Source of the DNA: Gammaproteobacteria bacterium
GTDB taxonomy: Bacteria > Pseudomonadota > Gammaproteobacteria > Magnimaribacterales > AG-339-G14
Length of the DNA stretch: 64,000 bases
Assembly: GCA_019652555.1 (NCBI GenBank)
Contig: BPAJ01000003.1
Location: forward strand, 14,611-78,610
Direction of reading: 5' to 3'
Notes under the pieces: generated by a model
The model's input: only the letters and a program-made list of their open reading frames with translations
Told to the model about the DNA's origin: nothing
The model's database searches: none
Program-made: the position numbers and the translations under genes
Part shown: positions 15,919 through 26,900 of the stretch, one piece after another
Layout: every line of letters begins with the position of its first letter
Position numbering within the stretch: position 1 is the stretch's first letter

Positions 15919-16734
15919 TTAAAGATTTAACAAAACATCTTGTTTTCTATATTCCGCGCTTCCTTGAAGCATAACTTTTGAATCATCTAAATTTACTTTA
16001 GTGAATACCTGGCCTTGATGAAAGTTTATTTTTAACTCTTGATCCAATTCTTTTTGAATTGCACATGCGATAGCTGCTGCACAAGCGCCACTTCCGCAAG
16101 CTTGAGTTTCTCCCACACCTCTTTCAAAAACTCTTAAATTTATCTCCTTGGCATTTTTCATTTGAATAAACCCAACGTTTACACCATTTTTAAAAAAATC
16201 ACTTTCTTGCAAAAATGTTCCAAACTTTTGCACATCTAAAGCCAACTCATCATTAAAAATTACAGCATGTGGATTTCCTATCGAAACTGCAAAACAAGGA
16301 ACTTTTTTATCATCAAATTCAATCTCAAAAACCTGCTCATTTTTATTTAGACCAATTTCAGAAGGAGATAGTGAAAATATATTTTCCACAATGTAATCAT
16401 TTTTTCTTTTCTCAACAGTAACTTGATTAGCGCCTATGAGTAACTTCACAGTATCACTGATGGATATATTTCTATCGGATAGATATCTAGCAACACACCT
16501 CATGCCGTTGACACAGTTTTCAGCCTCACTGCCATCTTGATTAAAGATTTTTACAGAAAAATCTGCAATTTCTTTTTCTGGAGGTTCTATTACCAAGACT
16601 TGATCAAACTCAAGAAAATCTTCCTTATCAACAAATTTTGGGATGCTGTTTTTAGAGAAAGAAAAATCTTGCGTAACTGAATCTACAATTATGAAATTGT
16701 TACCTAAAGCCTCCATAAACTGGATATAGGGCAT
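15919..16734 (-). CDS. dapF: diaminopimelate epimerase
   Basis: 271 aa with GNNFIIVD and the two catalytic Cys motifs NQDGSEAENCVNG and ACGSGACA. Confidence 0.95.
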   Translation of the reverse strand: MPYIQFMEALGNNFIIVDSVTQDFSFSKNSIPKFVDKEDFLEFDQVLVIEPPEKEIADFSVKIFNQDGSEAENCVNGMRCVARYLSDRNISISDTVKLLIGANQVTVEKRKNDYIVENIFSLSPSEIGLNKNEQVFEIEFDDKKVPCFAVSIGNPHAVIFNDELALDVQKFGTFLQESDFFKNGVNVGFIQMKNAKEINLRVFERGVGETQACGSGACAAAIACAIQKELDQELKINFHQGQVFTKVNLDDSKVMLQGSAEYRKQDVLLNL

Positions 16735-17966
16735 TAAAGTTCCTCTTCTTTAATGAGATCATCAAAGGTTTCTGCTTTCCTGATAACTTTATGGCTTTTT
16801 TGATCAACTAAAATTTCAGCAGGCTTAAGTCGGGTATTGTAATTAGAGCCCATACTTGAACCATAAGCTCCTGCTGAATATACAACCAAATAATCTCCAG
16901 CATTTGCACTGACCTCGAAATCCGAACCAAAACTATCGGCAGTCTCACAGACGGGCCCAACTACAGAATAAAGATCTTTCTTTTCAGAAGACTCCACTAA
17001 ATTCTCTATTTTGTGTCTTGCGCTATACAACGATGGCCTCATCAAATCGTTCATGCCGGCATCAACAATAAGAAACTTTTGACTGCCATTCTCTTTGATA
17101 CCCAACACTTTGGTTATCAAAACACCTGCTTGCGCAACAATGGAACGTCCTGGCTCCAAGGTTAAATTATATTTTGAAGAAAACTTTTTTAGTTTTTTTA
17201 TCAGTTCGTCAGGTGAAAAGTTTTTTTCTAATTCATAGTCGATTGCTAAACCACCACCAACGTCTATGTGATCTATTTCAAATCCCAACGAAACCAATTG
17301 GTCCGCTAAATTTTCAAGTTTTTCGTAAGCTTCAACCAGTAAATCTGTATTAATTATTTGGGATCCAATATGGGCTGAAACACCAACTAAGTTTATTTTT
17401 TCAGTTCCATACTTCTTTGCCAAAGAAAGAGCTTCTTCTTCAGAAATACCAAATTTGCAATCGGCCTTGCCAGTTTCAATATAAGGATGAGATTCTGCAG
17501 CAATATCCGGATTTATTCTAAATGAGATTCTTGGCTTCTTATTAAGTTGTTCAAGCAGTTCCAATTCATATTCAGATTCTACGTTGATGGAAAATATTTC
17601 ATGATCACAAGCAAGTCTCAATTCCTCTTTGCTTTTGCCAACTCCAGAAAAAACAATCTTCTTTGGATCTGCACCGATTTTTAAAACTCTTTTTAATTCT
17701 CCACCAGATACTACGTCAAAGCCCAGACCTTCATCTTTAATCAAAGACAAAATACTTAGATTACTGTTAGCTTTTACGGCATAGCAGGCTAGGTCCGAGG
17801 AAGATAAGCCAGCTTTATAAGATCGACAATTTTCTCTAATTGTTTCCGCAGAATAAACATAAAAAGGTGTTTCTAAGCTATCACTTAGCTCAAGCAAGTT
17901 AGTGTCTTCCGAATGTAAGACACCTTCGTTGAAATTAAAATGTTTTAAGTTCATTGATTTCTTCAT
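16734..17966 (-). CDS. lysA: diaminopimelate decarboxylase
   Basis: 410 aa with the PLP-Lys motif YAVKANSN, plus GGGL, EPGRSIVA and CETADSFG. The start may instead be the second Met, at 17954. Confidence 0.95.
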   Translation of the reverse strand: MKKSMNLKHFNFNEGVLHSEDTNLLELSDSLETPFYVYSAETIRENCRSYKAGLSSSDLACYAVKANSNLSILSLIKDEGLGFDVVSGGELKRVLKIGADPKKIVFSGVGKSKEELRLACDHEIFSINVESEYELELLEQLNKKPRISFRINPDIAAESHPYIETGKADCKFGISEEEALSLAKKYGTEKINLVGVSAHIGSQIINTDLLVEAYEKLENLADQLVSLGFEIDHIDVGGGLAIDYELEKNFSPDELIKKLKKFSSKYNLTLEPGRSIVAQAGVLITKVLGIKENGSQKFLIVDAGMNDLMRPSLYSARHKIENLVESSEKKDLYSVVGPVCETADSFGSDFEVSANAGDYLVVYSAGAYGSSMGSNYNTRLKPAEILVDQKSHKVIRKAETFDDLIKEEEL

Positions 17967-18054
17967 CTTCAGGCAGATATAAAGGACCTTTTATGCCACA
18001 CGAGCTTAGAAAGCCGAAACTGATTAGACATAACCCAAGTAAAAAAATTTTCAT
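17935..18054 (-). CDS. lptM: small lipoprotein LptM/YifL (LppL)
   Basis: 39-aa ORF not in the track: [39 protein letters not shown]. It has the lipobox LSSC followed by the conserved GxKGPLYLP motif. Its ATG overlaps the argH stop (ATGA), and its 3' end overlaps the lysA start. Confidence 0.8.
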   Translation of the reverse strand: MKIFLLGLCLISFGFLSSCGIKGPLYLPEDEEINELKTF

Positions 18055-19439
18055 TTCTTTAAATAGTCTTTTGCTCTTTTAATTTCTTTTTTTATTTGTT
18101 GCAAAGCAGTACCTCCAATTGAGGTTTTTGCTTGAATAGAGTCGCTAGGGTCTATGTAATCAAAAACGTCTTGGGAAATCTTCTTTGAAATTTTCTTAAA
18201 TTCATCAAGCGACATTTCAAATAGTAAGAGATCATTGTCTTCAGCGTATTTCACTGCAGTTCCAGTAATTTCATGAGCCTCTCTAAATGGCACCCCTTTA
18301 ATGACCAAATATTCGGCAAGATCTGTTGCAGTTAAGAAATCATCATAGACATCAGCAAGCATTTGATCGTTATTAAAAGATACGCCTTTGATCATCTCGA
18401 TCATGATACTCAATGCTTCTGTGGCATATTCTATCGAATTGATTAAAGGTGCTTTATCCTCTTGGTTGTCTCTGTTGTAAGCCAGAGGCTGATTCTTCAT
18501 TAAGCTTAACAAGGTCATTAAATTACCAACTGTTTTAGCAGAACCTCCTCTGACTAACTCAGCCATATCTGGATTTTTCTTCTGTGGCATAATCGAAGAA
18601 CCCGTACATAATTCTTCAGGCAATTGAGCATAATTAAATTGCGAAGAAGACCAAATGATCAATTCTTCACATATTCTTGAAAAATGAATAGCCATGACAC
18701 TTACATTGAAAGCAACTTCTAAAGCAAAATCTCTATCGGATACAGCATCAATGGAATTTCTGGTCACTGAATCGAATCCCAAAGACTTAGCTAGTTTTTG
18801 TCTATCCAATTTAAACCTATTACCGGATAGGGCACCGGAACCTAAAGGGCTTACCTTGAGTTCCTTTTTAGTTGCTGAAACTCTTTCCAAATCTCTTTTC
18901 ATCATTTCGTACCAAGATAAGAGATAGTGCGCCAAACTTACCGGCTGAGCATTTTGCAGATGGGTAAAACCCGGCATAAGAGTTTCTAACTCTCCCTCTG
19001 CTCTAACAACTAAGTTTTTCATTAAATTTCTTAACAAAGATTCAATTTCAATACTTCTTTCCAAGAGAAACAATTTAAAATCAGTCACGACTTGATCGTT
19101 CCTGGATCTACCTGTGTGAAGTTTTTTTGCAGTCACTCCAATTTCTTTTTCAAGCGCGGCTTCGATATTCATGTGAACATCTTCCAAAGCTGGATTCCAA
19201 TTAAAATTGCCAGCTTCGATTTTCTTTTTAATTTTTTTAAGACCAGTCTTAATTTTATTGCATTCATTTTTGGATAGCACTTTGGCTTCCATCAGCGCTT
19301 CTGCATAAGCAATCGAACCTTGAATGTCTTGACTATAGAGGGCCTGATCTACATCAACAGAGGACGAAAAATTCTGAGCAATTTGGGAAGGTTTTTTGGA
19401 AAATCTTCCTCCCCACGAGGGATTTTTTTTTGACATCAA
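18051..19439 (-). CDS. argH: argininosuccinate lyase
   Basis: 462 aa with GRSRNDQV and the signature [12 protein letters not shown]. Confidence 0.96.
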   Translation of the reverse strand: MMSKKNPSWGGRFSKKPSQIAQNFSSSVDVDQALYSQDIQGSIAYAEALMEAKVLSKNECNKIKTGLKKIKKKIEAGNFNWNPALEDVHMNIEAALEKEIGVTAKKLHTGRSRNDQVVTDFKLFLLERSIEIESLLRNLMKNLVVRAEGELETLMPGFTHLQNAQPVSLAHYLLSWYEMMKRDLERVSATKKELKVSPLGSGALSGNRFKLDRQKLAKSLGFDSVTRNSIDAVSDRDFALEVAFNVSVMAIHFSRICEELIIWSSSQFNYAQLPEELCTGSSIMPQKKNPDMAELVRGGSAKTVGNLMTLLSLMKNQPLAYNRDNQEDKAPLINSIEYATEALSIMIEMIKGVSFNNDQMLADVYDDFLTATDLAEYLVIKGVPFREAHEITGTAVKYAEDNDLLLFEMSLDEFKKISKKISQDVFDYIDPSDSIQAKTSIGGTALQQIKKEIKRAKDYLKK

Positions 19440-20812
19440 TACTTATAGTAATCAGGTTTATAAGGTCCATCAACATCTACATTTATGTAGTCAGCTTGAT
19501 CCTTTGTAAGCTTTGTAATGACTCCTCCAAAACCTTCTACCATATATGATGCAACTTCTTCATCCAGTTCCATAGGAAGAACTTGGACTTTTAACATTTC
19601 TTGCTTTGTAGTTTCATCATTAATTGAAGCAAAACCTTGTTTGTATAAAAATATTTGTGCAAGAACTTGGTTAGCAAACGAGCCATCCATAATTCTTGAA
19701 GGGTGACCGGTTGCATTACCAAGGTTAACCAATCTACCTTCTGCTAAAAGAAGCAAATAATCTTTTTTATCCTTTGGACCTCTGTAAACCTTATGCACTT
19801 GAGGTTTAATCTCTTCCCAAGTCCATTCATCTCTCATGTATTGAGTATCTATCTCGTTATCAAAATGTCCGATATTACTGACAATTGCTCCTGACTTTAA
19901 ATTATTCAAGATGTGTTTATCACAAACATTGAAGTTTCCAGTTGCGGTTACCACAAGATCAATATCACTCAGAAGCGTTTTATTGATTGATTCATCATTG
20001 TTTAAATTTTCACCATTTAAATAGGGCGAAACAACTTCATAACCATCCATACAAGCCTGCATGGCGCAAATAGGATCGATTTCGGTAATCTTGACCACCA
20101 TTCCTTCTTGTCTGAGACTCATTGCAGAACCCTTACCAACATCCCCATAACCAAACACCAGGGCTTTCCTTCCAGAAAGCAACATATCCGTGCCACGTTT
20201 TATAGCATCATTCAAACTATGTCTGCATCCATATTTGTTATCGTTTTTAGATTTTGTTACTGAGTCGTTAACATTTATGGCAGGTACCTTAAGCGTACCT
20301 TTTTCCAACATTTCATACAGTCTCAACACTCCAGTGGTCGTTTCTTCGGAAATACCATTTATTTTTTCTAACATTTCTGGATATTTTTCATGCACCATAG
20401 CAGTCAAATCACCACCGTCGTCCAAAATCATATTTGCGTCCCACGGTTTACCATCAGACAGGATAGTTTGTTCTATACACCAATCAAACTCTTCTTCATT
20501 CATACCTTTCCAGGCAAAAACAGGTATGCCTTTTTGAGCGATTGCCGCCGCCGCATGATCTTGTGTGGAAAAAATATTACAAGACGACCATCTCACAGAC
20601 GCTCCCAATTCAACTAAAGTTTCTATAAGAACTGCAGTTTGAATTGTCATATGTATGCAACCCATAATTTTTGCACCCTGCAAAGGTTTGTCCTTGCCAT
20701 ATCTTTCTCTGAGTTTAATCAAAGCTGGCATTTCTGATTCAGCCAGTTCTATTTCTTTTCTTCCAAACTCTGCAAGGGAGATATCTTTTACTTTGTAGTC
20801 TTTGAATTCCAT
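19436..20812 (-). CDS. ahcY: S-adenosyl-L-homocysteine hydrolase
   Basis: 458 aa with [13 protein letters not shown] and the NAD-binding motif [10 protein letters not shown]. Confidence 0.96.
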   Translation of the reverse strand: MEFKDYKVKDISLAEFGRKEIELAESEMPALIKLRERYGKDKPLQGAKIMGCIHMTIQTAVLIETLVELGASVRWSSCNIFSTQDHAAAAIAQKGIPVFAWKGMNEEEFDWCIEQTILSDGKPWDANMILDDGGDLTAMVHEKYPEMLEKINGISEETTTGVLRLYEMLEKGTLKVPAINVNDSVTKSKNDNKYGCRHSLNDAIKRGTDMLLSGRKALVFGYGDVGKGSAMSLRQEGMVVKITEIDPICAMQACMDGYEVVSPYLNGENLNNDESINKTLLSDIDLVVTATGNFNVCDKHILNNLKSGAIVSNIGHFDNEIDTQYMRDEWTWEEIKPQVHKVYRGPKDKKDYLLLLAEGRLVNLGNATGHPSRIMDGSFANQVLAQIFLYKQGFASINDETTKQEMLKVQVLPMELDEEVASYMVEGFGGVITKLTKDQADYINVDVDGPYKPDYYKY

Positions 20813-20814
20813 AA

Positions 20815-21969
20815 TTATTTAAGTTGTTCTATTTTATCAGTTGATTCCCAAGAAAAACTTTCTTCTTCTCTTCCAAAATGACCATATGAAGCAGTTAATT
20901 GATAAATAGGCCTTTTAAGATCTAACATTTCGATAAGTTTTTTGGGCTTTAGTTCAAAATTCTTTTCAACTAAGTCAACAATTTTTGGCTCTTCTATTTT
21001 ATTTGTATCAAATGTATTGATACTGATGGAAGTCGGTTCAGCTACTCCAATAGCATAAGACACCTGAATCTCACATTTATCTGCGAGACCTGCGGCAACA
21101 ATATTTTTAGCCACATATCTTCCAGCATAAGCGGCAGATCGATCAACTTTTGAAGGATCTTTACCAGAAAAAGCACCTCCACCATGTCGAGCCATGCCAC
21201 CATAAGTGTCAACAATTATCTTTCTTCCCGTTAATCCACAATCTCCGACAGGACCTCCTATCACGAAGCTTCCTGTTGGATTTATATAAATTTTTGTATC
21301 TTCATTAAGCCATGCATTTGGAATGACCGGTTTGATTATTTCTTCCATAACTCCTTCTTCAATTGTTTCTGCAGCTATATCTGGATCATGCTGGGTTGAT
21401 AAGACAATTGCTGAAACACTCGATGGATTTCCTTGATCATCGTATAAAAAACTCAACTGACTTTTTGCATCCGGTCTAAGCCAATTCAATTTTCCATTTT
21501 TTCTTACTTCAGACTGCTTCTTAACTAGTAGATGGGAGTAGTGAATTGGTGCGGGCATCAGAACATCTGTTTCATTAGTTGCGTAACCAAACATTAAACC
21601 TTGGTCACCCGCGCCTTGATCCAAATCTGTTCCAGAACCCTCATCTACTCCTGCAGCGATATCAACTGACTGTTGTCCAATGGCATTAATTATTTCAACT
21701 GTATTGCCATTGAATCCTAAGTCATCATTGTCATAGCCAATTTCATTGATTACTTCTCGAATAACTTTTTCTAAGTTAGGTTGAGCAGAGGAGGTTATCT
21801 CTCCTGCAATCACTACCAAATCGGTTTTAACCAAAGTTTCACATGCTACTCTGGCATTTGGATCCTCTTTTAGGTATGCATCCAAAATTGCATCGGAAAT
21901 TTGATCACACATTTTATCGGGGTGACCTTCAGAAACAGATTCAGAAGTGAAAGTTTTGTACTCAGACAT
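20815..21969 (-). CDS. metK: S-adenosylmethionine synthetase
   Basis: Motifs [25 protein letters not shown] and GGGAFSGKD. The start is set at [12 protein letters not shown] (21969). The 28-codon extension in the track ORF (to 22053) would overlap the tkt start and has no MetK homology. Confidence 0.95.
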   Translation of the reverse strand: MSEYKTFTSESVSEGHPDKMCDQISDAILDAYLKEDPNARVACETLVKTDLVVIAGEITSSAQPNLEKVIREVINEIGYDNDDLGFNGNTVEIINAIGQQSVDIAAGVDEGSGTDLDQGAGDQGLMFGYATNETDVLMPAPIHYSHLLVKKQSEVRKNGKLNWLRPDAKSQLSFLYDDQGNPSSVSAIVLSTQHDPDIAAETIEEGVMEEIIKPVIPNAWLNEDTKIYINPTGSFVIGGPVGDCGLTGRKIIVDTYGGMARHGGGAFSGKDPSKVDRSAAYAGRYVAKNIVAAGLADKCEIQVSYAIGVAEPTSISINTFDTNKIEEPKIVDLVEKNFELKPKKLIEMLDLKRPIYQLTASYGHFGREEESFSWESTDKIEQLK

Positions 21970-22038
21970 GACAATAATAAAGTCAGCAATTCTACTATGA
22001 ACTGACCTTGAAATAGTAGAAAATAACATTCTAATTTC

Positions 22039-24012
22039 ATGACTGATCAACAAAACCTAGCCAATGCTATAAGAGCTCTATCTATGGATGCAGTTCAGAG
22101 AGCAGGATGCGGTCATCCTGGCATGCCTATGGGAATGGCAGATATCGCACAGGTTTTGTGGACCAAACATCTTAAATATAACCCCTCAAATCCCGATTGG
22201 TTTGATAGGGATAGGTTTGTTTTATCTAACGGACACGGTTCCATGCTTCTTTATTCGCTACTTCATTTGACAGGTTATGACCTTTCTATAGATGAGTTGA
22301 AAAATTTCCGTCAACTGGGTTCAAAAACACCTGGACATCCGGAATGTGACGTGACTCCTGGAGTGGAAACAACGACCGGTCCGCTTGGGCAAGGTATAGC
22401 GAACGCAGTTGGAATGGCAATGGCAGAAAAAATTCTTGCAAAGAGATTCAACAAAAAAGACTGTCCAATAATTGATCATTACACTTACGTTTTTTGTGGT
22501 GACGGTTGTTTGATGGAAGGTATTTCTCACGAGGTTTGTTCTTTAGCTGGTACTCATAAACTGAATAAATTAATTGTTTTATACGATGACAATAAAATCA
22601 GCATTGATGGCAAAGTTGAAGGTTGGTTTACAGACAATACGCCCGAAAGATTCAAAAGTTATGGTTGGAACGTTATAGCAGAAGTTGATGGGCATGATTT
22701 TCAAAGTATCGATAAAGCTTTGCAAGATGCAAAATCATCTAATCTTCCGACACTAATTTGTTGTAAAACAGAAATCGGGAAAGGATCTCCCAATAAGTCA
22801 GGTTCTGCAGATGCACATGGCGCAGCCCTCGGCGAAGAAGAAATTAAACTCACTAGAGAAAACATTAAATGGCAGCATGAGCCTTTTGAAATTCCCGAAG
22901 AAATTTATGAGGCTTGGGATCACAAAAAACAAGGACAAGAAAGTGAAGAAAAATGGCAAGAGATTCTTTCTGACTTTGAAAAAAACTATCCTGAAGATTC
23001 CAAAGAGCTGCATAGATTAATCACCGGAAGCTTGCCTAGTAATTTTGAATCTACCATCGAAAATTTAATCAACAATTTTTCTGAAGATGAAAATTCTTAT
23101 GCCAGCAGAAAGTGTTCTGGTATGTGTTTGGATGCTATTGGTCCAATCATGCCGGAGTTGATAGGTGGATCAGCAGATCTTTCTCCTTCAAACAATACCG
23201 AATGGAAGGGAACCTCTCATCTTGCTGAAGATGGTTCAGGTAATTACTTAAATTATGGCGTTCGAGAATTTGGTATGTCGGCAATCATGAATGGCATGAT
23301 CCTACATGGGGGTATTAGACCTTATGCAGGAACTTTTCTTACTTTTCTAGATTACGCTAGAAATGCCGTGAGGATGTCTGCCTTAATGAAATTACCTGTA
23401 ATTTATGTATATACGCATGATTCCATCGGGGTCGGTGAAGATGGTCCTACTCATCAACCGGTGGAACATATTTCAATGCTAAGAATTACGCCTGGCATTT
23501 ATACTTGGCGACCTTGTGATGGGGTTGAAACTGCTTGTGCGTGGAAATTTGCGCTGGAGTCAAAATCTGCACCGTCAGCATTGATATTATCCAGACAATC
23601 ATTGGATGCTCAGAAAAGAGAAACGAACGACCCAATTTTTCTAGGCGGATACGAACTTGCTTCAGACCAAAATCCCAAAATAACATTGGTTGCTTCGGGT
23701 TCAGAAGTGGGCTTAGCCATGAAAGTTCGAGATCAGCTTAATGAGCAAAAAATTTCATCAAGAGTTGTCTCAATGCCATGTACCGAAATATTTGATGAAC
23801 AATCACCAGAATATCAAAGAGAAACTTTGGGTGACTTGCCAAAAATTTTCATAGAAGCAGGGCAGAGTGATTTTTGGAAGAAATATTGTGAAGGAGATGA
23901 TCAAGTAGTCGGTATCGACAAATTTGGCGAATCAGCTCCAATAGATGATTTGATGAACCACTTTGGTTTTACAGTTGAAAATATAATCGAACAAATTAAT
24001 AAAACAATTTAA
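22039..24012 (+). CDS. tkt: transketolase
   Basis: 657 aa with [20 protein letters not shown] and [16 protein letters not shown]. Confidence 0.97.
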   Translation: MTDQQNLANAIRALSMDAVQRAGCGHPGMPMGMADIAQVLWTKHLKYNPSNPDWFDRDRFVLSNGHGSMLLYSLLHLTGYDLSIDELKNFRQLGSKTPGHPECDVTPGVETTTGPLGQGIANAVGMAMAEKILAKRFNKKDCPIIDHYTYVFCGDGCLMEGISHEVCSLAGTHKLNKLIVLYDDNKISIDGKVEGWFTDNTPERFKSYGWNVIAEVDGHDFQSIDKALQDAKSSNLPTLICCKTEIGKGSPNKSGSADAHGAALGEEEIKLTRENIKWQHEPFEIPEEIYEAWDHKKQGQESEEKWQEILSDFEKNYPEDSKELHRLITGSLPSNFESTIENLINNFSEDENSYASRKCSGMCLDAIGPIMPELIGGSADLSPSNNTEWKGTSHLAEDGSGNYLNYGVREFGMSAIMNGMILHGGIRPYAGTFLTFLDYARNAVRMSALMKLPVIYVYTHDSIGVGEDGPTHQPVEHISMLRITPGIYTWRPCDGVETACAWKFALESKSAPSALILSRQSLDAQKRETNDPIFLGGYELASDQNPKITLVASGSEVGLAMKVRDQLNEQKISSRVVSMPCTEIFDEQSPEYQRETLGDLPKIFIEAGQSDFWKKYCEGDDQVVGIDKFGESAPIDDLMNHFGFTVENIIEQINKTI

Positions 24013-25173
24013 GTGGATTTAACAAATTCAAAACTATCCTCTTTTGATTTCGAGGGAAAAAGAGTTCTATTGAGAGTAGATTTCAATATTCCAATCAGAG
24101 ACGAAGAAGTTCTCAACGACGAAAGAATGGTCAGAGCTTTACCGACCATTAAACACTTATTGGAAAAAGCAAAATCTCTCAGAATCATAACGCATCGTGG
24201 AAGACCTCAAGAATCGGGAGAAGTTCAGCCTGAATTTTCGATTAAGCCAATAGCAAAAAGACTCTCTCAATTATTAGATATTCCTGTTCCAATAGCTGAT
24301 TCTTTAGATGATTTAGAGCAAGACAAAAAAATTATCATGTTGGAAAACATAAGATTTTTTCAAGGAGAAAAAGAAAACTCTACAAATCTTTCAAAAACAC
24401 TGGGTAATTATGGAGATGTTTACATCATGGATGCTTTCGGTACTGCACATCGTAAGCAAGCATCTACTTTTGGCGTAATTGACTCAGTAGCTGAAGCAGG
24501 CGTTGGCTTTTTGGTTGAAGATGAACTCGAGGCTTTGAAAAAGATTTTGGTGAATCCAAAAAAACCTCTAATTGGAATTATTGGCGGCTCAAAGATCTCA
24601 ACCAAAATTAATGTGATTGATTCGCTCACATCATACGTTGATAAATTAATCATAGGCGGTGCTTTGGCAAATACTTGCTATATGGCAATGGGAAAAAACA
24701 TTGGAAAATCTTTATTTGAAGAAGACTATTTAGATGTAGCAGAAAAATTAGTTGGTAATGAGAAGATTGTATTGCCAGAAAATGTCGTTGTTTTAGATAC
24801 ATCTAACGATTCTGTATTTGAAAAGCATATTGATGATATAGCCAGTCATGAAGCTATCTGCGATGTAGGTAAAAAATCTTTGGAGTATTTTCAAAAACAT
24901 ATTAATTCCGCTAAAACTGTTTTTTGGAATGGCCCTTTGGGTAAGTTTGAGGATCCAAGATTTTCAGAAGGGACTTCTGAGGTAGCAAAAATCATGTCTG
25001 AATCTAAAGCCTATAGCATTATTGGCGGCGGGGAGACGATTACCTCTTTTGCAAATATTAATTTAATGGATTCTGTAGATTATGCTTCCACTGCGGGAGG
25101 AGCTTTCTTAGAATATATAGAAAATAATTCCTTGCCTTGCATAGATAAGATAATAACTAAAAATAAAGGATAG
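24013..25173 (+). CDS. pgk: phosphoglycerate kinase
   Basis: 386 aa with a GTG start abutting the tkt stop. Motifs RVDFNIP and WNGPLGKFE. Confidence 0.95.
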   Translation: MDLTNSKLSSFDFEGKRVLLRVDFNIPIRDEEVLNDERMVRALPTIKHLLEKAKSLRIITHRGRPQESGEVQPEFSIKPIAKRLSQLLDIPVPIADSLDDLEQDKKIIMLENIRFFQGEKENSTNLSKTLGNYGDVYIMDAFGTAHRKQASTFGVIDSVAEAGVGFLVEDELEALKKILVNPKKPLIGIIGGSKISTKINVIDSLTSYVDKLIIGGALANTCYMAMGKNIGKSLFEEDYLDVAEKLVGNEKIVLPENVVVLDTSNDSVFEKHIDDIASHEAICDVGKKSLEYFQKHINSAKTVFWNGPLGKFEDPRFSEGTSEVAKIMSESKAYSIIGGGETITSFANINLMDSVDYASTAGGAFLEYIENNSLPCIDKIITKNKG

Positions 25174-25177
25174 AAAT

Positions 25178-26185
25178 ATGAAATCACTGGAAGAAATTGC
25201 AACTTATATTGTTTCTGATGGAAAGGGCATATTAGCTGCTGATGAGAGTACCCCAACAATAGGGAAAAGATTTGCAACAATAAATGCTGAGTCCACGGAA
25301 GACTCCAGAAGGGATTATCGTGAGATGCTTTTTCGAGCTGATGGAATGAAAAATAATATTGGCGGAGTTATTTTATTTGATGAGACTTTGAGACAAGACG
25401 CAAAAGACGGCACTCCTTTGAAAGATATAATTTCCGAACAAGGTGCATTGCCAGGTATCAAGGTAGATAAGGGAATCAGCCCGCTTGATTCTTCTCCTGA
25501 AGAAAATATCACTGGTGGCTTAGAAGGACTTAATGAGAGATGCGCAGAATATTTTGATCTTGGTGCTAAATTTACCAAGTGGCGTGCAGTTATAAAAATT
25601 GCCGACGGCCTGCCTTCCCAAGCGGCTATCAAAGCAAACATGGATGCTCTTGCTGATTACGCAAAAATAGTTCAGGAAAATAACATGGTTCCAATTGTCG
25701 AGCCTGAAGTTTTGATGGATGGCAGTCATTCCATAGAATCTTGTGAAGACGCAACAAAAAGATGTTTGAGTACTCTATTTGAATCTTTGGCAGAGAAAGG
25801 CGTTTTGGTAGAAGGAACCATTTTAAAACCCAATATGGTGGTCTCAGGAAATGAATGTTCGGAGCAAGCTGGAATCCAACAAGTTGCTGAAATGACACTC
25901 AATTGTCTATTGGAAAATGTGCCTAGCAATCTGCCAGGAATCACATTTCTTTCTGGGGGACAATCTGATGTTGACGCCACAGCTCATTTAGATGCCATGA
26001 ATAAAATTGGTGGCAATCCATGGAAGCTCAGTTTTTCTTATGGCCGTGCTTTGCAACAGGCTGCTCTCAAAACTTGGAGCGGTAAACAAGATAATGAGCA
26101 AGCCGCGCAAGAGGCCTTCAGCCACAGAGCCAAAATGAATATGTTGGCAGCAAAAGGTGAGTGGTCAGAAAACTTAGAAGGCTAG
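25178..26185 (+). CDS. fba: fructose-bisphosphate aldolase, class I
   Basis: 335 aa with ILAADESTPTIGKRF and the Schiff-base Lys context TILKPNMV, the class I (not class II) family. Confidence 0.9.
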   Translation: MKSLEEIATYIVSDGKGILAADESTPTIGKRFATINAESTEDSRRDYREMLFRADGMKNNIGGVILFDETLRQDAKDGTPLKDIISEQGALPGIKVDKGISPLDSSPEENITGGLEGLNERCAEYFDLGAKFTKWRAVIKIADGLPSQAAIKANMDALADYAKIVQENNMVPIVEPEVLMDGSHSIESCEDATKRCLSTLFESLAEKGVLVEGTILKPNMVVSGNECSEQAGIQQVAEMTLNCLLENVPSNLPGITFLSGGQSDVDATAHLDAMNKIGGNPWKLSFSYGRALQQAALKTWSGKQDNEQAAQEAFSHRAKMNMLAAKGEWSENLEG

Positions 26186-26189
26186 TCTT

Positions 26190-26900
26190 TTATTTATTTA
26201 TAAAAAATCTACTGGCTAAAAGTCCCACTTCATAAAGCAGCCAGACAGGAAGAGCCAAAAGTGTTTGTGAAAAAATATCGGGAGGTGTAAGAAACATTCC
26301 CACAACAAAACATCCTATGATCACGTAAGGTCTGGCACTAGAGAGTTGTTGAGCATTTGTAACTCCAGACCAAATCATCAGCATTAAAACAATTGGTACT
26401 TCAAATGCAAATCCAAAGACAAAAAGAATTCTAACAACAAAATCAATGTATTCATTGATGTCGGTCATTACCAAAACTTCCGAGGGAGAGGCTTGAACAA
26501 AAAAAGTGAAAATCAGTGGAAAAATTACAAAAAAAGCAAAACAAATACCTGCTAGGAACAAAACTATGCTGGAAAACAAAACCGCAAAAAAACCTATTTT
26601 TTCTTCTTTATACAAACCTGGCGCAATGAAGTTCCATAACTCAAAAAGTAAATACGGAATTGCTACAAATGTAGCCACATAAAAAGTAAGCCTTAATGGA
26701 GTCAAAAAGGGTGACACCACACCAGTTGCAATCATTGAAGAATTGGCAGGCAAGATTTCTGTTAAGGGATTGGCAAAAACAAGAAAAATTTCATTTCTAA
26801 AAAATACCAACACAAAAAAAATTAGAGCAATTGCGCCAAGGCTTCTTAAAAGAACATTTCGCAGGGAGTTTAAATGTTCAAGATAACTTTTTTCAGTCAT
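26190..26900 (-). CDS. tatC: twin-arginine translocase subunit TatC
   Basis: 236 aa with six hydrophobic segments. N-terminal HLNSLRNVLLRS resembles the TatC HLxELRxRL motif. Follows tatB. Confidence 0.92.
   Translation of the reverse strand: MTEKSYLEHLNSLRNVLLRSLGAIALIFFVLVFFRNEIFLVFANPLTEILPANSSMIATGVVSPFLTPLRLTFYVATFVAIPYLLFELWNFIAPGLYKEEKIGFFAVLFSSIVLFLAGICFAFFVIFPLIFTFFVQASPSEVLVMTDINEYIDFVVRILFVFGFAFEVPIVLMLMIWSGVTNAQQLSSARPYVIIGCFVVGMFLTPPDIFSQTLLALPVWLLYEVGLLASRFFINK

Noticed and set aside
21970-22053. 28-codon N-terminal extension of the metK track ORF ([28 protein letters not shown]).
   Set aside because: MetK homology begins at [19 protein letters not shown]. The extension would overlap the divergent tkt start codon at 22039.
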